The position numbers and the translations under genes were made by a program. 64,000 nucleotides of DNA, taken from NCBI RefSeq assembly GCF_009914755.1, contig NC_060931.1; one strand, written 5' to 3'. A model generated the notes under the pieces. It did no database searches. It was not told the DNA's origin and saw only the letters and a program-made list of their open reading frames with translations. The stretch is from the human T2T-CHM13v2.0 reference genome, Homo sapiens. This document shows, piece by piece, positions 26,379-39,255 of the stretch; the first letter of the stretch is position 1; every line of letters starts with the position of its first letter.

Positions 26379-26587
26379 CAGCTTTTCTCAAAGTGTGGTC
26401 TTGGGATCAGCAGCATCACTATCACCCAGGAACTCATTACGTCAGGTTGTGTCCTGACCTCAGCCACTGAGGTCAGGCCCCAACCAAGATCTCCTGGATG
26501 AGACATTTTGAGGAGTGGGCCCAGTAATCTGTATTTTCAGAGCATTTCTAGGTGATTCTGATGCATGCCAAAGTTTGAGAATCACTG
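26379..26587 (+). mobile_element. MER5A (hAT-Charlie), full length with internal insertion
   Basis: cagcttttctcaaagtgtggtc..cagcagcatca..ggtgattctgatgcatgccaaagtttgagaatcactg; termini match recalled MER5A TIRs. Confidence 0.9.
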
Positions 26588-28647
26588 ATGAGTTTCTCTA
26601 TCATAAGTTTTATTGACAATTGCTCTAGATTCATAAAATATTTAATGAATATCTCTTTTTAGAAGTCTACTTGAATATAGTTTATTCTGAGGGTTGCTTC
26701 TTCTGGTAGAGTTTCCCATTTATATCTGACTTGTCCACTGAATGAACATATTAGAAGTATTGCTGTTACCTGAAGCTTATTATGTATGGACAAAAATAAC
26801 ATGTAGTTGGCTGGAGTTTAAACATTAGAAACAGAGCAAATATTATTACTTGAAATGTACTAACACTAAAATAAATGAAAACCTTATTCTGGTGTTCAAA
26901 CTATGTATTTTAGCTCTGTTGTTTTATAAATCAATGTTTCAAATAATATATATATATGCAATTTTATATACAAAAACATGTAGTACATTATTCTCATTTC
27001 AAAAGAAACGTGCAATTTAGTGTTCGGCACCCCAAATCTTTCAAATTTTTGCCATTTGGAGCACTGAAGAAAATCAAAAACAGCAACTAATTCAATACTG
27101 TAACATGTTTAAATTGAGCAGTATATAAATTCAGATTTTTGTTCTTCTGCTGGGAAAATCCCCCTCAACACTTCAAGATCCATCACCATATCCTACAAGT
27201 ATCCTACTAAGTAGTACTTTTTACTTTTACTTGGTAATCAAATCGATATAAAATTCTATAAGCTAATGGCACCAAGCTACTTAAAGCAGATATTAGTAAA
27301 ACCAATTCTATATTCCAGATGAATTTTCTTCATCTCCAAAATTGTATTTTAATTTAAAGTTTTTTATACCACTTGCTAGGAAGCTAAAAGTTTTCATGTA
27401 ATATTCAGGTTGTTTATTCAGTTATACATCTCAGGCATTACATTCAAAACAGATGTAATATACACTATTAATTTGTTCAAGAATCTCCTTATCTGTGCAG
27501 TGTCTGGTTACAGGGAAAGCACTATTCCCTCTAGATTTATTTTATCTTAATATTTGGTGTTATGGGCAGAAGACCAAGTTGACTCCCAAATCTGAGAACA
27601 CATGTCTTTTGGTTACTGTAATCTCCATTTAATATACTTCACTGGATTCTGCACTGAGCAATGTCCACATATACACAGAAAATCAGTTGTACTCTATCTG
27701 GTGTCAGCTTCTCAGAGTCCAGACTCAAGTATCATGTATGTAAGAATGACCATTTGTGTCTGGAAACTAATCTCAGCTACCATTGATTTACATAATCACA
27801 AATGAAATATTTTTTGTTGTTGTTATTTTTGTTTTTTGACATTACTCAAAGCAAAGGGGATATATTTATTCATATGGTTCAGAGTAAGATAGAGCTATCA
27901 TTCTAAGGAACTGAGTTCTTAAATAGTGTAAAAAAGACAAATACCTTTTTTATCTACTAGGTTTGAAAAAAGAGAATCATCTTTTAGATTTTTATTCAAT
28001 TTGTGGAGCTGTTTCTACTGTTCTATTCATTAAGATTTTAGCATCATAAAAGAAATTCAGCCACTGAGGTCAGGAAGTCAGGTTTCCATGGTAAAACTTC
28101 CTCTGATGGTATTTTGCAAGCATTAATAGGAATTCTGGTCTTTCTATGGCACAGGTTTTGAAGAACATAACAGGAACTTACATATCTAACTTACCTGTAG
28201 ACATCTGAAGGCAATACACATTAAAGAATCTGCATGTTAGTTGAGTGCATTCTCTCTGACTGGTCTTAACACAAGGGTGATAGATTTTCTCCAGACAGTT
28301 TTCATGTCACTACTTTAATTTCAAAACTGTGTTCTTTTCAACAGGCCTATATATCTGCTTTTGTTCCAAGATGCATTTCACTGTCATGTGTATTTCTAGA
28401 TACCAGAACTACAAATAGAACTACAAAGGTTCTATTTTTCTGTATTAAATTTCACAAAATACTGCATTTTGAGAATGAAAAAGCTGAAGTAATAATGTTT
28501 GTTAGGAAATTAAGATCATCATCACCTCTAGCAGAACTGGAATCATCTGACAGCTGTTGTTGTCATGTAAACTTCGCCCTAAAATTTATCCGTGTGTCAG
28601 AGCCAGATTCTTATTGGAAGTCAGCATGCCTGCTGTCAAAATTACGA

Positions 28648-28680
28648 TGTGTGTGTGTGTGTCTGTGTGTGTGTGTGTGT
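28648..28680. repeat. (TG)n microsatellite
   Basis: Visible, with one tc interruption. Confidence 0.95.
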
Positions 28681-28914
28681 TTTCTTTTCTGTCTTTGTAA
28701 TTCCAGTCTTCAACTTTCATTTTAATTTTTTTTCTTTCTACCTTGCTGTGGCATGAATTGTATGCAGTTTCTTATGCAATGCCCTGCTGTTTTCTTTAAA
28801 CATTCAAGTCTGTTTCCCCAGCAATACACTTTTAAGAAATATTTCTAAGATATATGTTTAAGTAAAACAATAAAAATGTACAAATTCACCTTCAGAAAGT
28901 ATTGCCTAAAGAAT

Positions 28915-28926
28915 TATCTATCTCTA

Positions 28927-28968
<42 letters not shown>
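28915..28968. repeat. (TATC)n tetranucleotide STR
   Basis: About 10 pure units plus degenerate flanks. Confidence 0.95.
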
Positions 28969-29744
28969 ATCTATGTGATCATCAAGACAATTTAAACGCA
29001 ATGGTTTCCTTCTGAGTTTACAACATTAATGAGGAACAGAGCTTGGAGAAACACCTCACTATGTGGCTTTTTGAAATTTTTTTGTTATTTGATTTGCGAA
29101 GTATTTTAGAAATTTAAAGTAAAATTTAAAAAATATACATAGAAGAAAATAGTTCCAAGAAAATAAATTAATATAGTATAATCAGTTCAAGTAATACATC
29201 AAAGATGGCTTTAAACCTTTCTCTATGTGATTTCTCTTTCTAGCAGGGACAGACTTCTTATGTGGAGGTCTTTCTAGAGGGAATGTGGCAAGCCTGAACT
29301 TTTATTTTGGCTTAGGATATGGTAATTTGGAGTATTTAATAAGTAGATGAGATAAATATGTAATATATTATTTCTCTCCATTTATTTATGTGTGTGTGTG
29401 TGCGTATGCATGTAACAATTAGGCCTAACCTATTAAGTGATATATATCCTTACATATTTCATATACTTTTTTGAGGGTGGACCCCATCTAACTCATCATG
29501 AACTGAGAGAGATAAAGTAAATCTTACTACTAGCGGGTTTCTATTTCTCTTTGTATTTTTTAAAGAAATTGCTTCCTGACCGTTGGTAAAATTTGATGTT
29601 TGTAAGTTTTGTTACCTCACAATTATGAGTTGCATTTTCAGTATTATAAAAGTGTTATACTTTTTTTGTTTAATTTTTCCTGGCCTGAAATTCTGTTAAC
29701 CTGTTTGGTATTCAAATTACATCTCTTGCCTAACGTTTAGCACA

Positions 29745-29900
29745 CTTTCAGATTTAAGTATAAAATACAACAGGAACGTGCTCAAATCTCAAAAGTGAAG
29801 CTAGACACACTTTTGCAAAGTTAACACACCTATGTTACTCCCAAGCTTATCAAGATACACAGCATTGTCAGCACCTAAGAAAACTTTCTATATGCATTCA
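29745..29900 (-). mobile_element. Old L1 (L1MD/ME-like) 3' terminal fragment
   Basis: aagtataaaatacaacaggaacgtgctcaaatctcaaaagtgaagctagacac..ttaacacacctatgttact..atcaagatacacagcatt. Confidence 0.6.
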
Positions 29901-29929
29901 ACAGGCTATATCATTATTTTACCTCGTTG

Positions 29930-31554
29930 GCATGTTTGGGCTTCTATGCTATGAAATATGGCAAGTCAATCTCATGGTCATGAAACCACTCTTGGTCTTC
30001 TTCAGCTATAAAGTAGATCTACTGTAGTGATCTTATGTAGTGATATTATGCAGTATCCTGTATGCATGTATTAAATTTTTCGTAAAACCTTTGGTAGTGG
30101 TGCTGGCTGAGGCCATACAAGCATGAAAGAAAAGTGCAATTGCACAAAAATGTGAATTTATCTAAGAAATTTGCTTCTCTTCTTTGTAAATGAGGGCTTC
30201 AATGTAATCTATGTTACCACTTGACCAAAAGATTCTTAATGGAAGTACAGTACTGGGGATCATCATTGCTTTCTGTTGGCAAGTTGTACATTTGGTAGCA
30301 GCAGTTCAGAAACACAGTAGGTGCCTCAATTCCAGTCTTCCACATTTCAGTTCTTTAATTCTTCCTCCTTACAGGCCTTTGACTAGCTGGCTAATGAATT
30401 TGCTAACATTCACAAGTTGAGTTGCCATTCAAAATGGGTAACCAGGTTACTGTGAATTTTACTTACTGGGAATTTTTTGCTTCACCACTATCTTTAAAGG
30501 CCACTTTTGAGTGGGAATTTAGTATAGTTACAGCTCACTTACTAAGCCACCTTACTCAAAAACACAGTTGGAGATTTTCCCTCTCTGTTATCTGGTCACA
30601 AATGATGTCCCCAAGATGCCATATTGCTATATTGGTGCAATAACTTGTGCGATACTGGTGAATATCATGGACATTTAGGCTACTGGCTCATGTGGCTTGC
30701 TTGTGTTTTATGTTTTCCAGTCTTGTTAATGTTTGTTCCAGGATGTACTCTTTTACCTTATGATGGAGTATTGCTGTCCTACTCAATTTTATAACTCCAT
30801 GAGTTTAAGAAAATCCAGTTCATGATGAGTACTACTTTCTATGTTGTTCCTTAGTGTTTCATGTCAAGAGGTCTTTCTCTACCTGTATCCAGTAACATAC
30901 CAGTAACTGCTTTTCAAAACTTGTGCAATTCTCTGCTGCAGATGGCATGCCATTGTTATAAAATATAGTTGTCTACCTAATATTTCCTCCATTTGTCTAA
31001 AATGCACCAGCCAGTACATTCCTTTCCAAGAGTGTACTTTAAAGAGTATATATACTTGAAGAGTATATATACTTTCTACAAATATAATTAGGTTTGCAGT
31101 GGATTTTAAATTATGTTGGGAAAAATTGGCAGCCTTACGATAGTAACTAGTCCATTCTATTAACTTGGCATTTATCCTAGCATTTCTGTATATTCTTACA
31201 CAGAATCATATCTCAAAGTGTGTATTGTTATTATGGATAGTATTCTGCTTTCTGCTATGTTTTCTAGGAAATTATTGCTGATATATGATAATACTATTAA
31301 TACTATCGATTTTTGTTATTTGAGTTTGTATCTGGAGAGTGTGTTGAATGCTTTATTTGTTGTAGACTGATACCATCCCAGATTACATTGACAAATGTTG
31401 TAAAAATTGTTTCACTGTCTTATGCCAGAAGCTACCTGTGGTCCATCTACTACAGGTGATTGAATCTTCATTGCCATCAGGATGGAAAATGATCCAGACA
31501 CAAAATCCAATATTAGCTTCTGCTGTTTTTAATGACTCCATTTTTGGTAATACT
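29930..31554 (-). mobile_element. Old ERVL-class internal remnant (ERV3-16A3-like) adjoining LTR16
   Basis: Reverse complement of 30000-30170 (ggcctcagccagcaccactacc..ctactttatagctgaagaa) resembles the HERV-L integrase at 38780-38895 in this window; ctccatttttggtaat next to the LTR resembles a decayed PBS region. Confidence 0.65.
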
Positions 31555-33037
31555 TGCCAAAATGATGGTGTCCAGTAAGTAGATGATAATAAATATGCAA
31601 TATTTTATTGGAGAATTGACAGCTATAGAATGGGGATGAAGGAAGCAGGTTTGGACAGGAGGAAAAGTGTTACTAGGCAGCCCAAATGAAGGGCTTAGAT
31701 TACCTGATGAGGAACTCTGGATCTTCCAGAGCCTTTTAAAGTTATTCTGAGTTGGAGAAAAGAGGCTGTTATTGTATACTGCTACCTTAATTAGTCACTG
31801 GATGTAGGCTTCTCATGGAATAGACATGGCTTTGGGCAAATCAATTGTTTTTCAAATGAGGCACTTTGCAAAGGAATTGAACATTGAAAGTTATCTTCTG
31901 GAAGCAATCTCACTAGCTAGGGCAGTAAGATTTTTATAAAGGGGGATCTGTGAAGCCCATTACAGTGTATTCATTACATATACATTGAATTTTGTGTCTG
32001 TAATTACATACACACATAACACAATATAGCAACATTTTTCTGATAATTTTTATTTGTGAGGTAATTCATTTTTCTAGTGTTTTTGTTGTTTTCTTTGTAG
32101 CATATTTTTATAGATCTTGTGCTAGTTCTTTCTTTCCTTAAAATTTTTTATTGAATGAATTTGTTTTTTCTCGTCCCGGTGTTTTCTAAGTTTCTCTTAT
32201 TATTATGAACTGGTAAGTTAAACATATCTAGATAGCTCATTTTCAGAATGCCAAAGGCCTTTCTTTCTCAGTAACCACAAACACACACTGCTTCCTGCAA
32301 ATATGGCTTGTTGTGTGAATCTTAGTCTATGTAAATCTTACTGCCTTTATTTATCTGAAATTAACTGGGCTGGAAGAGCTCCTGCCAATATCCTGCACGC
32401 TTTATATTTTCTACATCTTGCAACTCTTTTGCCTTTAGGCCATATTCTCTCCTCAGAAGTTATATTTTGTCATCTACTTTAGCTAAGTTCAGCATCAGGA
32501 AACTATCCTCAGTTTTTCTCCTATTCAGTACATGTGTATTTTGAATAAATATGCTTGCTTTTGACAGTCATTAATGTATTATGGTTTCATAAAAAAAAAT
32601 CTTGGGTTTTTTATCTTTCACATTCTTATACTTTTGAGTGATTTCTAGGAGGAGAAAGAAAAAATGTTCAGTTTTCTAACCCATATAAATTCTGGAAATT
32701 AACTAAATCCTATATTAAATAAACTTCTTAAAAGTCTTTCTACGAATATAATTAGGCTTGCAGTGGATTCTATATTATGTTGGGAAAAATTGGCAGCCTT
32801 ACAATAGTAAGTAGTCCATTCTATTAACTTGGCATTTATCCTAGCGTTTCTTTATATTCTTAAACAGACTCATAATACCTCAAAGTGTGTATTGTTATTA
32901 TGGATAGTATTCTGCTTTCTACTATGTTTTCTAGGAAATTATTGGTAATATATATTACTATTAATACTATTGATTTTTGGTAGTTGAGTTTGTATCTGGA
33001 GAGTGTGTTAAATGCTTTATTTGTTGTAGACTAATAC
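31072..33037 (+). repeat. Dispersed direct duplication of ~302 bp (31072-31373 and 32736-33037)
   Basis: ctttctac.aatataattagg.ttgcagtggatt...gctttatttgttgtagact.atac twice, offset 1664 bp, roughly 90% identical by eye. Confidence 0.97.
31555..31978 (-). mobile_element. LTR16A-like ERVL LTR
   Basis: gaaggaagcaggtttggacagg, ttagtcactggatgtaggct, aagggggatctg..cattacagtgtattcattaca match recalled LTR16 family motifs. Confidence 0.75.
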
Positions 33038-33572
33038 TCTTGCTTTTCCTAAGACATTTTATTTCCCTTAGAATTATGCTTCTACTTCTCTCATTTTTCT
33101 TCCTCTGAGATTATATTGAACAATTGTATATCATCTTGTTATCATGTTCTGTTCATGTTGAATAGTAAACATTCCAGTGTTGTTACTGATTTGAAAAGGG
33201 ATTACATGTATAGTTATCTCTGATGTTTGTATATTATGTTGGTAGCTATATTAGATAAAGAGAACTCCTACTCAAAATTACTAATTCTGAGCATTATTAA
33301 ATATTTTATACATTGAAATTGATCAAATATATTTGGGACATTAATTTACAATTCATATCTTAACTAATTAATGGTAGAATACATTGACAAAAGTTCCTGT
33401 TATTAAGATAACATTTGAATATCTGGGCAAAACCTTTCATAATTATGATCCACTGTAAAAATATAAAGATAGACTCAGATAATACAGTCATTTAGAATTG
33501 TGGTGTGGATGAGCACAAGAGAAATGACTTTTCTGTTTTCATGTCATCTTAACTAATTTTGAAATTAATTAT

Positions 33573-34123
33573 TGTGATGATTATTATTGCATGTCAACTT
33601 GATTGGATTGAAAGATGCAAAGTATTGTTCCTGGGTGTGTCTGTGAGGATGTTGCCAAAGGAGATTAACATTTGAGTCACTGGACTGGGAAAGGCAGACC
33701 CACCCTCAACCTGGGTGGGAACAATCTAATCAGCTGCCAGGACAGCTAGAATAAATGCAGAAAGAAGAATGTGGAAGGACTGGACTGGGAAAGTCTTCTG
33801 GCCTTCATCTTTCTTCCATCCTGAATGCTTCCTGCCCTCGACCATCGGACTTCAAGTTCTTCAGCTTTTGGGCTCTTGGACTTACACTATTGGTTTTCCG
33901 GGGGCTCTCGGTCCATCAGCCACAGGCTGAAGCCTGCATCATCAGCTTCCCTATACTTTTGAGGTTTTGGGACTCAGACTGGCTTCCTGGTTCCTCAGCT
34001 TGCAGACAGCCTACTGTGGGACTTCACCATGTGACCCTGTAAGTCAATTCTCCTAATAAACTCTCCTTCATGTATTTATCTGTCCTATTAGTTCTGTCCC
34101 TTTAGAGGACCTTGACTAATACA
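33573..34123 (+). mobile_element. HERV-L 5' LTR (MLT2A2-like, 551 bp)
   Basis: tgtgatg..gtcaacttgattggattgaaagatgcaaagtattgttcctgggtgtgtctgtgagg..aataaactc..gactaataca. Confidence 0.95.
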
Positions 34124-34128
34124 GATTT

Positions 34129-34143
34129 TGGTACCAGGAGTGG
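34129..34143 (+). other. Primer binding site complementary to tRNA-Leu 3' end
   Basis: tggtaccaggagtgg, 5 nt after the 5' LTR; complementary to recalled tRNA-Leu end CCACUCCUGGUACCA. Confidence 0.85.
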
Positions 34144-34188
34144 TTCTAGAGGAACAGAATTTCAAGGATGGATTTCTTTAGTTGATTT

Positions 34189-35930
34189 TGGGGTTTCTGG
34201 AGTTGGCTGCTTAATATGATTAGATCCAAAAATGCTAAGGACTCTACTTCTAATAGTATGCAGAACACTGAGAGTCCTTGGTATGAACTGTTTAGAGTTA
34301 AGCAAAATAAATGCATTTGATACTCCTGATCCACTACTCATGAGAGGCAAGGAGTTTAGAGACTCTATGCATAATATCTATGATGATAGGTGGAGAACAA
34401 AGGAATATAATGAAGTTGGTTGGTTACTCTTCAGTTGGTTGGACAAAGTGATGAGGAAAACAGTGAACTCAGGGATACTAATTCCCGGCTTCAGAAGCGC
34501 ATACTGAGCCTCAAATCTTCTAAGATTGCCCTGAGTGAGAGTCTTGTTTCCTGTAAAGAAAGAGCTAAAATTGTGGAAAATCAGACACCAGCTCTTATAA
34601 TGCAAGTGGCTGACCTGCAACAAAAGGGGCATGCACAGCCTCACCAGGTGTCTATTGTTAAAGTGAGGGCATTGATTGGAAAAAAAAATGGGACTCTGCA
34701 ACTTGAACTGGGGGATGTGTGGGAGGACACTGATGAAGCTGAGGACACTGAGCTTGTAAACTCTGATGACTCTGATGAGTCTTTTTTTTTTTTTTTTTTG
34801 CCAGAGGAAACAGCTTCCCTACCACAGTGGTGGCAAAATTCCCACCCTGACCCTCCCTGCCATTAGCCTTTCCACTTTTGTTTGAGAATAACCCTGCACT
34901 GCCCGAGGCGAGAATAACGGCCTCCCCTGAGACAGTTGCCAGGAAAGACAATGTTGACTTTCCTCAGGACCAACCCACTACACCCCTGTTTGCTTCTAGA
35001 CATTTAACAAGACTCAAGTCCTGGCAGGCCCCTAGAGGTTAGGGTCAGAGTGTGAACCATGAAGAGGTGCACTACACTCCAAAAGAACTGCTTGAGTTTT
35101 CTGATGTATATAAGCAGAAATTTGGAGAACACGCATGGGAATGGATATTAAGGGTGTGGGATAATGGTGGAAGGAACATAAAGTTGGATCAGGCTGAATT
35201 TATTGATTTGGGCCTACTAAGTAGGGATTCTGCATTTAACGTAGCAGTTAGAGCTTGAGAAGTTTAAAAAGTTGTAATAGTTTATTGGCTTGGTTAGTTG
35301 AAATACGGATCAAAAGATGTCCCACTGTGAGCCAGCTAGAAATGCGTAATCTCCCTTGGTTTAATGTAGATGAAGGGATCCAAAGGCTTAAGGAGATTGG
35401 GATGCTAGAGTGGATTAGTCACTTTAGACCTACTCATCCCAGCTGGGAGGGTCTAGAAGACATACCCTTCACCAATATTTTGTGAAGTGGATTTGTGAGG
35501 GCAGCACCTGCATCCTTGAAGAGTGCTGTGATTGTGCTTCTCTGTATGTCATGTCTTACATGGTGAGCTACAGTCACTCAACTACAAAATTCAAATGCAC
35601 TGGGACTAATTGGATCCCAAGGTGGCAGAGGCTAAGTGGTGGCACTCAACCACCAAAGGCAAGGTGGGTGTAGTTACTGTAATGGACAGCAGAGGCAAAG
35701 CAACAATCAGAATAGTCTGAGTCATGAAGAACTCTGACATTGGCTAATTAATCATGGTGTTCCTAGAAGTGAAATTGACAGGAAGCCTGCTACACTGTTA
35801 CTCAATTTATATAAGCAGAAAACTTCCAGATCGAGTGGATAAAAGGCTAATTTCGATTATAAAAACAGAATCATGGCCCCTCAATCAATTTTCAGACTTG
35901 ACCTGTTTATAGATCCAGAACCCCTTTAAT
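34189..35930 (+). pseudogene. gag: HERV-L gag, disrupted
   Basis: Fragments EEVHYTPKELLEFSDVYKQKFGEHAWEWILRVWDNGGRNIKLDQAEFIDLG and LPWFNVDEGIQRLKEIGMLEWI; many stops and frameshifts. Confidence 0.88.
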
Positions 35931-35949
35931 GAAGGGAAGGTTGGGTCCC

Positions 35950-38900
35950 CTTGAGGCAGAACCTCACTACACTACTGACAATTTATGATGTTTATCTTTC
36001 TCTTATCCTTCCCCAAAGAGACCTTCAGCCTTTTACCAGGGTAACAGTGCATTGGGGAAAGGAAAATGATCAGACCTTTAGGGTACCACTAGACCCTGGC
36101 TCTGAGCTGATGTTGTTGATTCCAGGGGATGCAAAATATCTTTGTGGTCCTCCAGTTAAAAGAGGGGATTATGGAGGTCAGATAATAGAATTTTAGCTCA
36201 GGTCGGACTTACAGTGGGGCCAGTGGTTCCCCCTACTTATCCTGTGGTCATTTCTCCAGTGCCAGAATGCATATTTGACATAAACATACTTAGCAGCTGG
36301 CAGAACTCCCACATTGACTCCCTGACTGGTAGCTATTATGGGTTGGGGCTACTATGGTGGGGAAGGCCAAATGGAAACCATTAGAGCTGCCTCTACCTAG
36401 AAAAATAGTAAATCAAAAACAATATCACATCCCTGGAGGGATTGCAGAGATTAGTGCCACCATCAAGAACTTGAAAGATGCAGGGGTGATGATTCCTATC
36501 ACATCTCCATTCAACTCTTTCATTTGTCCTGTGAGCAAGACAGGTGGATCTTGGAGAATGACAGTGGATTATCGTAAGCTTAACCAACTGGTGACTCCAA
36601 TTGCAGCTGTGGTACCAGACGTAGTTTCATTGCTTGAGCAAGTTAACACATCTCTTGGTATCTAGTATGCAGGCATTAATTTGGCAAATGCCTTTTGCTC
36701 CATTCCAGTCCATAAGCCCCTCCAGAAGCAATTTGCCTTCAGCTGGCAAGGCCAGAAATATACCTTTACTGTCCTATCTCAGGCGTATATCAACTCTCTG
36801 GGTTTGTGTCATAATCTTGTTTGGAGAGATCTTGATCTCTTTTCCCTTCCAGAAGATAACATGTTGGTCCATTACATTGATGACATAAGCTGATTGAATC
36901 CAATGACTGAGAAGTAGCAAACACACTGGACTTATTGGTGAGACATTTGCATATCAGACAAGAAAAATAAATCCTACTAAAATTCAAAGACTTTCTACTT
37001 TAGTAAAATTTCTAGTGGTCCGTTGGTGTGGGGCCTGTCAAGATACTCCTTCTGAGGGGAAGGATAAGTTGCTGCATTTAACCCCTCCCACAACCAAGAA
37101 AGAAGCACAAAGTCTAGTGAGCCTAATTGGATTTAGGAGGCAACACATTCCTTATTTGGATATGTTACTTTTACGCATTTATTGAGTGACCTGAAAGTTT
37201 GACAGTTTTGAGTGGAGACCAGGAAAAGGCTATGCAACTGGTCCAGGTTGCTGTGCCAGCTGCTGTGCCACTTGAGTCATATGACCCAGAAGATCCAATG
37301 GTGCTTTGGGTGTCAGTGGCAGATAGGGATGCTGTTTGGAGCCTTTGGCAGACCCCCATAGGCGAATCACATAGGAGACCTCTAGGATTTTGGAGCAAGG
37401 CCCTGTCATCTTCTGCAGATAACTACTGTCCTTTTGAGAGACAGCTCTTGGCCTGTTACAGGGCTTTGGTAGAAACTAAACATTTCACCATGGGTCATCA
37501 AGTCACCATGTGACCTGAACTGCCTATCATGAAGTGGATGCTTTCTGACCCATCTAGCCAAAAATTGGAGCATGCACAGGAGCATTCCATCATCAAATGG
37601 CAGTGGTATAGTGGTATAAACATGGTCAGGCTAGAGCAGGTTCTGAGGGGACAAGTAAGTTACATGAGAAAGTAGGTCAAATGCACATGGTCTCCACTCC
37701 TGCCACCCTGCCTTCTCTCCCCCAGCCTACACCGATGGCCTCATGGGGAGTTCCCTATAATCAGTTGACAGAGAAAGGGAAAGCAAGGGCCTAGTATTCT
37801 GGTAGCTCTGCACGATATTCAGGCACCACTTGAACGTGGACAGCTGCAGCACTACAGCCCCTTTCTAGGACATCACTGAAGGACAGTGGTGAAGGGAAAT
37901 CTTCTCAGTGGGCAGAACTTCAAGCAGGGTACCTCATTTTGCACTCTGCTTAGAGGGAGAAATGGCTGGATGTGTGATTATATACTGATTCATGGGCTGC
38001 AGCTAATGGTTTGTCTGGATAGTCAGGGACTTGGAAGAAGCATGATTGGAAAATTGGTGACAAAGAAATTTGGGGAAGAAATATGTGGATGGACCTAACT
38101 GAGTGGTCAAAAACTGTGAAGAGGGTCGGGTGCTGTGGCTCACACCTGTAAATTAGCCGGGCGTGGTGGCGGGTGCCTGTAATCCCAGCTACTCGGAAGG
38201 CTGAGGCAAGAGAATGGCGTGAACCCAGGAGGCGGAGCTCGCGGTGAGCCAAGATCGCACCACTGCACTCCAGCCTGGGCGACAGAGCGAGACTCCATCT
38301 CAAAAAAAAACAAAACAAACAAAAAAAAAAACCTGTGAAGATATTTAGATATTTGGATGTCATGTGAGAGCTCACCAAAGAGTGACCTGCACAGAGGAGA
38401 ATTTTCATAATTGAGTGGATAGAATGACTTATTCTGTGGACACCACTCAACCTCTTTCCCCAGCAACCCTGTCATCACCCAATGGTCCCATGAATAAAGT
38501 GGCCATGGTGACAGGGATGGATGTTATGCATAGGCTCAGCAACTTGGACTTCCACTCACCAAGGCTGCCCTGGCTACAGCCACCGCGGAGTGCCTAATTT
38601 GCCACAGCAGAGAGCAACACTGAGCCCTTGATATGGCACCATTCCTTGGGGTGATCAGCCAGCTACTTGGTGGCAAGTTGATTGTATTGGACCACTTTTA
38701 TTATGGAAAGGGCTGTGGTTTACCCTCACTGGAATAGACACTTACTCCAGGCATGGGTTTGCCTATCCTGCACACAAAGCTTCGGCCAAGACTACCATCC
38801 ATGGACTCATGGAATGCCTTATCCACCATCCACCATCATGGTATTCCACACAGCATTGCCTCTGACCAAGGCACCTACTTTACGGCTAAAGAAGCGCAGC

Positions 38901-39255
38901 AGTGGACTCACGCTCATTGAACTCACTCATCTTACTATGTTCCCTGTCATCCTGAAGCAGCTAGATTGATAAAACAGTGGAATGGCCTTTTGAAGTCACA
39001 AGTACAATGCCAGCTAGATGACAACACTTTGCGGGGCTGGGACAAATTTCTCCAGAAGGTTGTGTATGTTCTGAATCAGCATCCAATATATGATACTGTT
39101 TCTCCCATAGCCAGGATTCACAGGTCCAGGAATCAAGGGGTGGAAGTAGAAGTGGCATCACTCACCATCACCCCTAGTGATCCACTAGCAAAAGTTTTGC
39201 TTCCTGTTCCCGCAACATTATGTTCTGCTGGCCTAGAGGTTTTTAGTTCCAGATG
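35950..39255 (+). pseudogene. pol: HERV-L pro-pol (protease, RT, RNase H, integrase), disrupted, with AluY insertion
   Basis: Protease-like LDPGSE; [45 protein letters not shown] at 36873-36884; RPLGFWSK..YCPFERQLLACY; integrase QWNGLLKSQ. Confidence 0.93.
38123..38327 (+). mobile_element. AluY with most of the left monomer deleted, inside HERV-L pol
   Basis: Y-type gaatggcgtgaaccc..ggcggagct; TSD aaaaactgtgaaga (38109-38122) / aaaacctgtgaaga (38328-38341). Confidence 0.93.

Noticed and set aside
28189-28197. Perfect minus-strand splice donor CAG/GTAAGT
   Set aside because: About one such 9-mer is expected by chance in both strands of 64 kb, and I found no convincing acceptor with an open frame.
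37950-38450. Longest ORF (166 aa, minus strand)
   Set aside because: Antisense read-through of HERV-L pol and the inserted AluY, giving a typical Alu-derived peptide.
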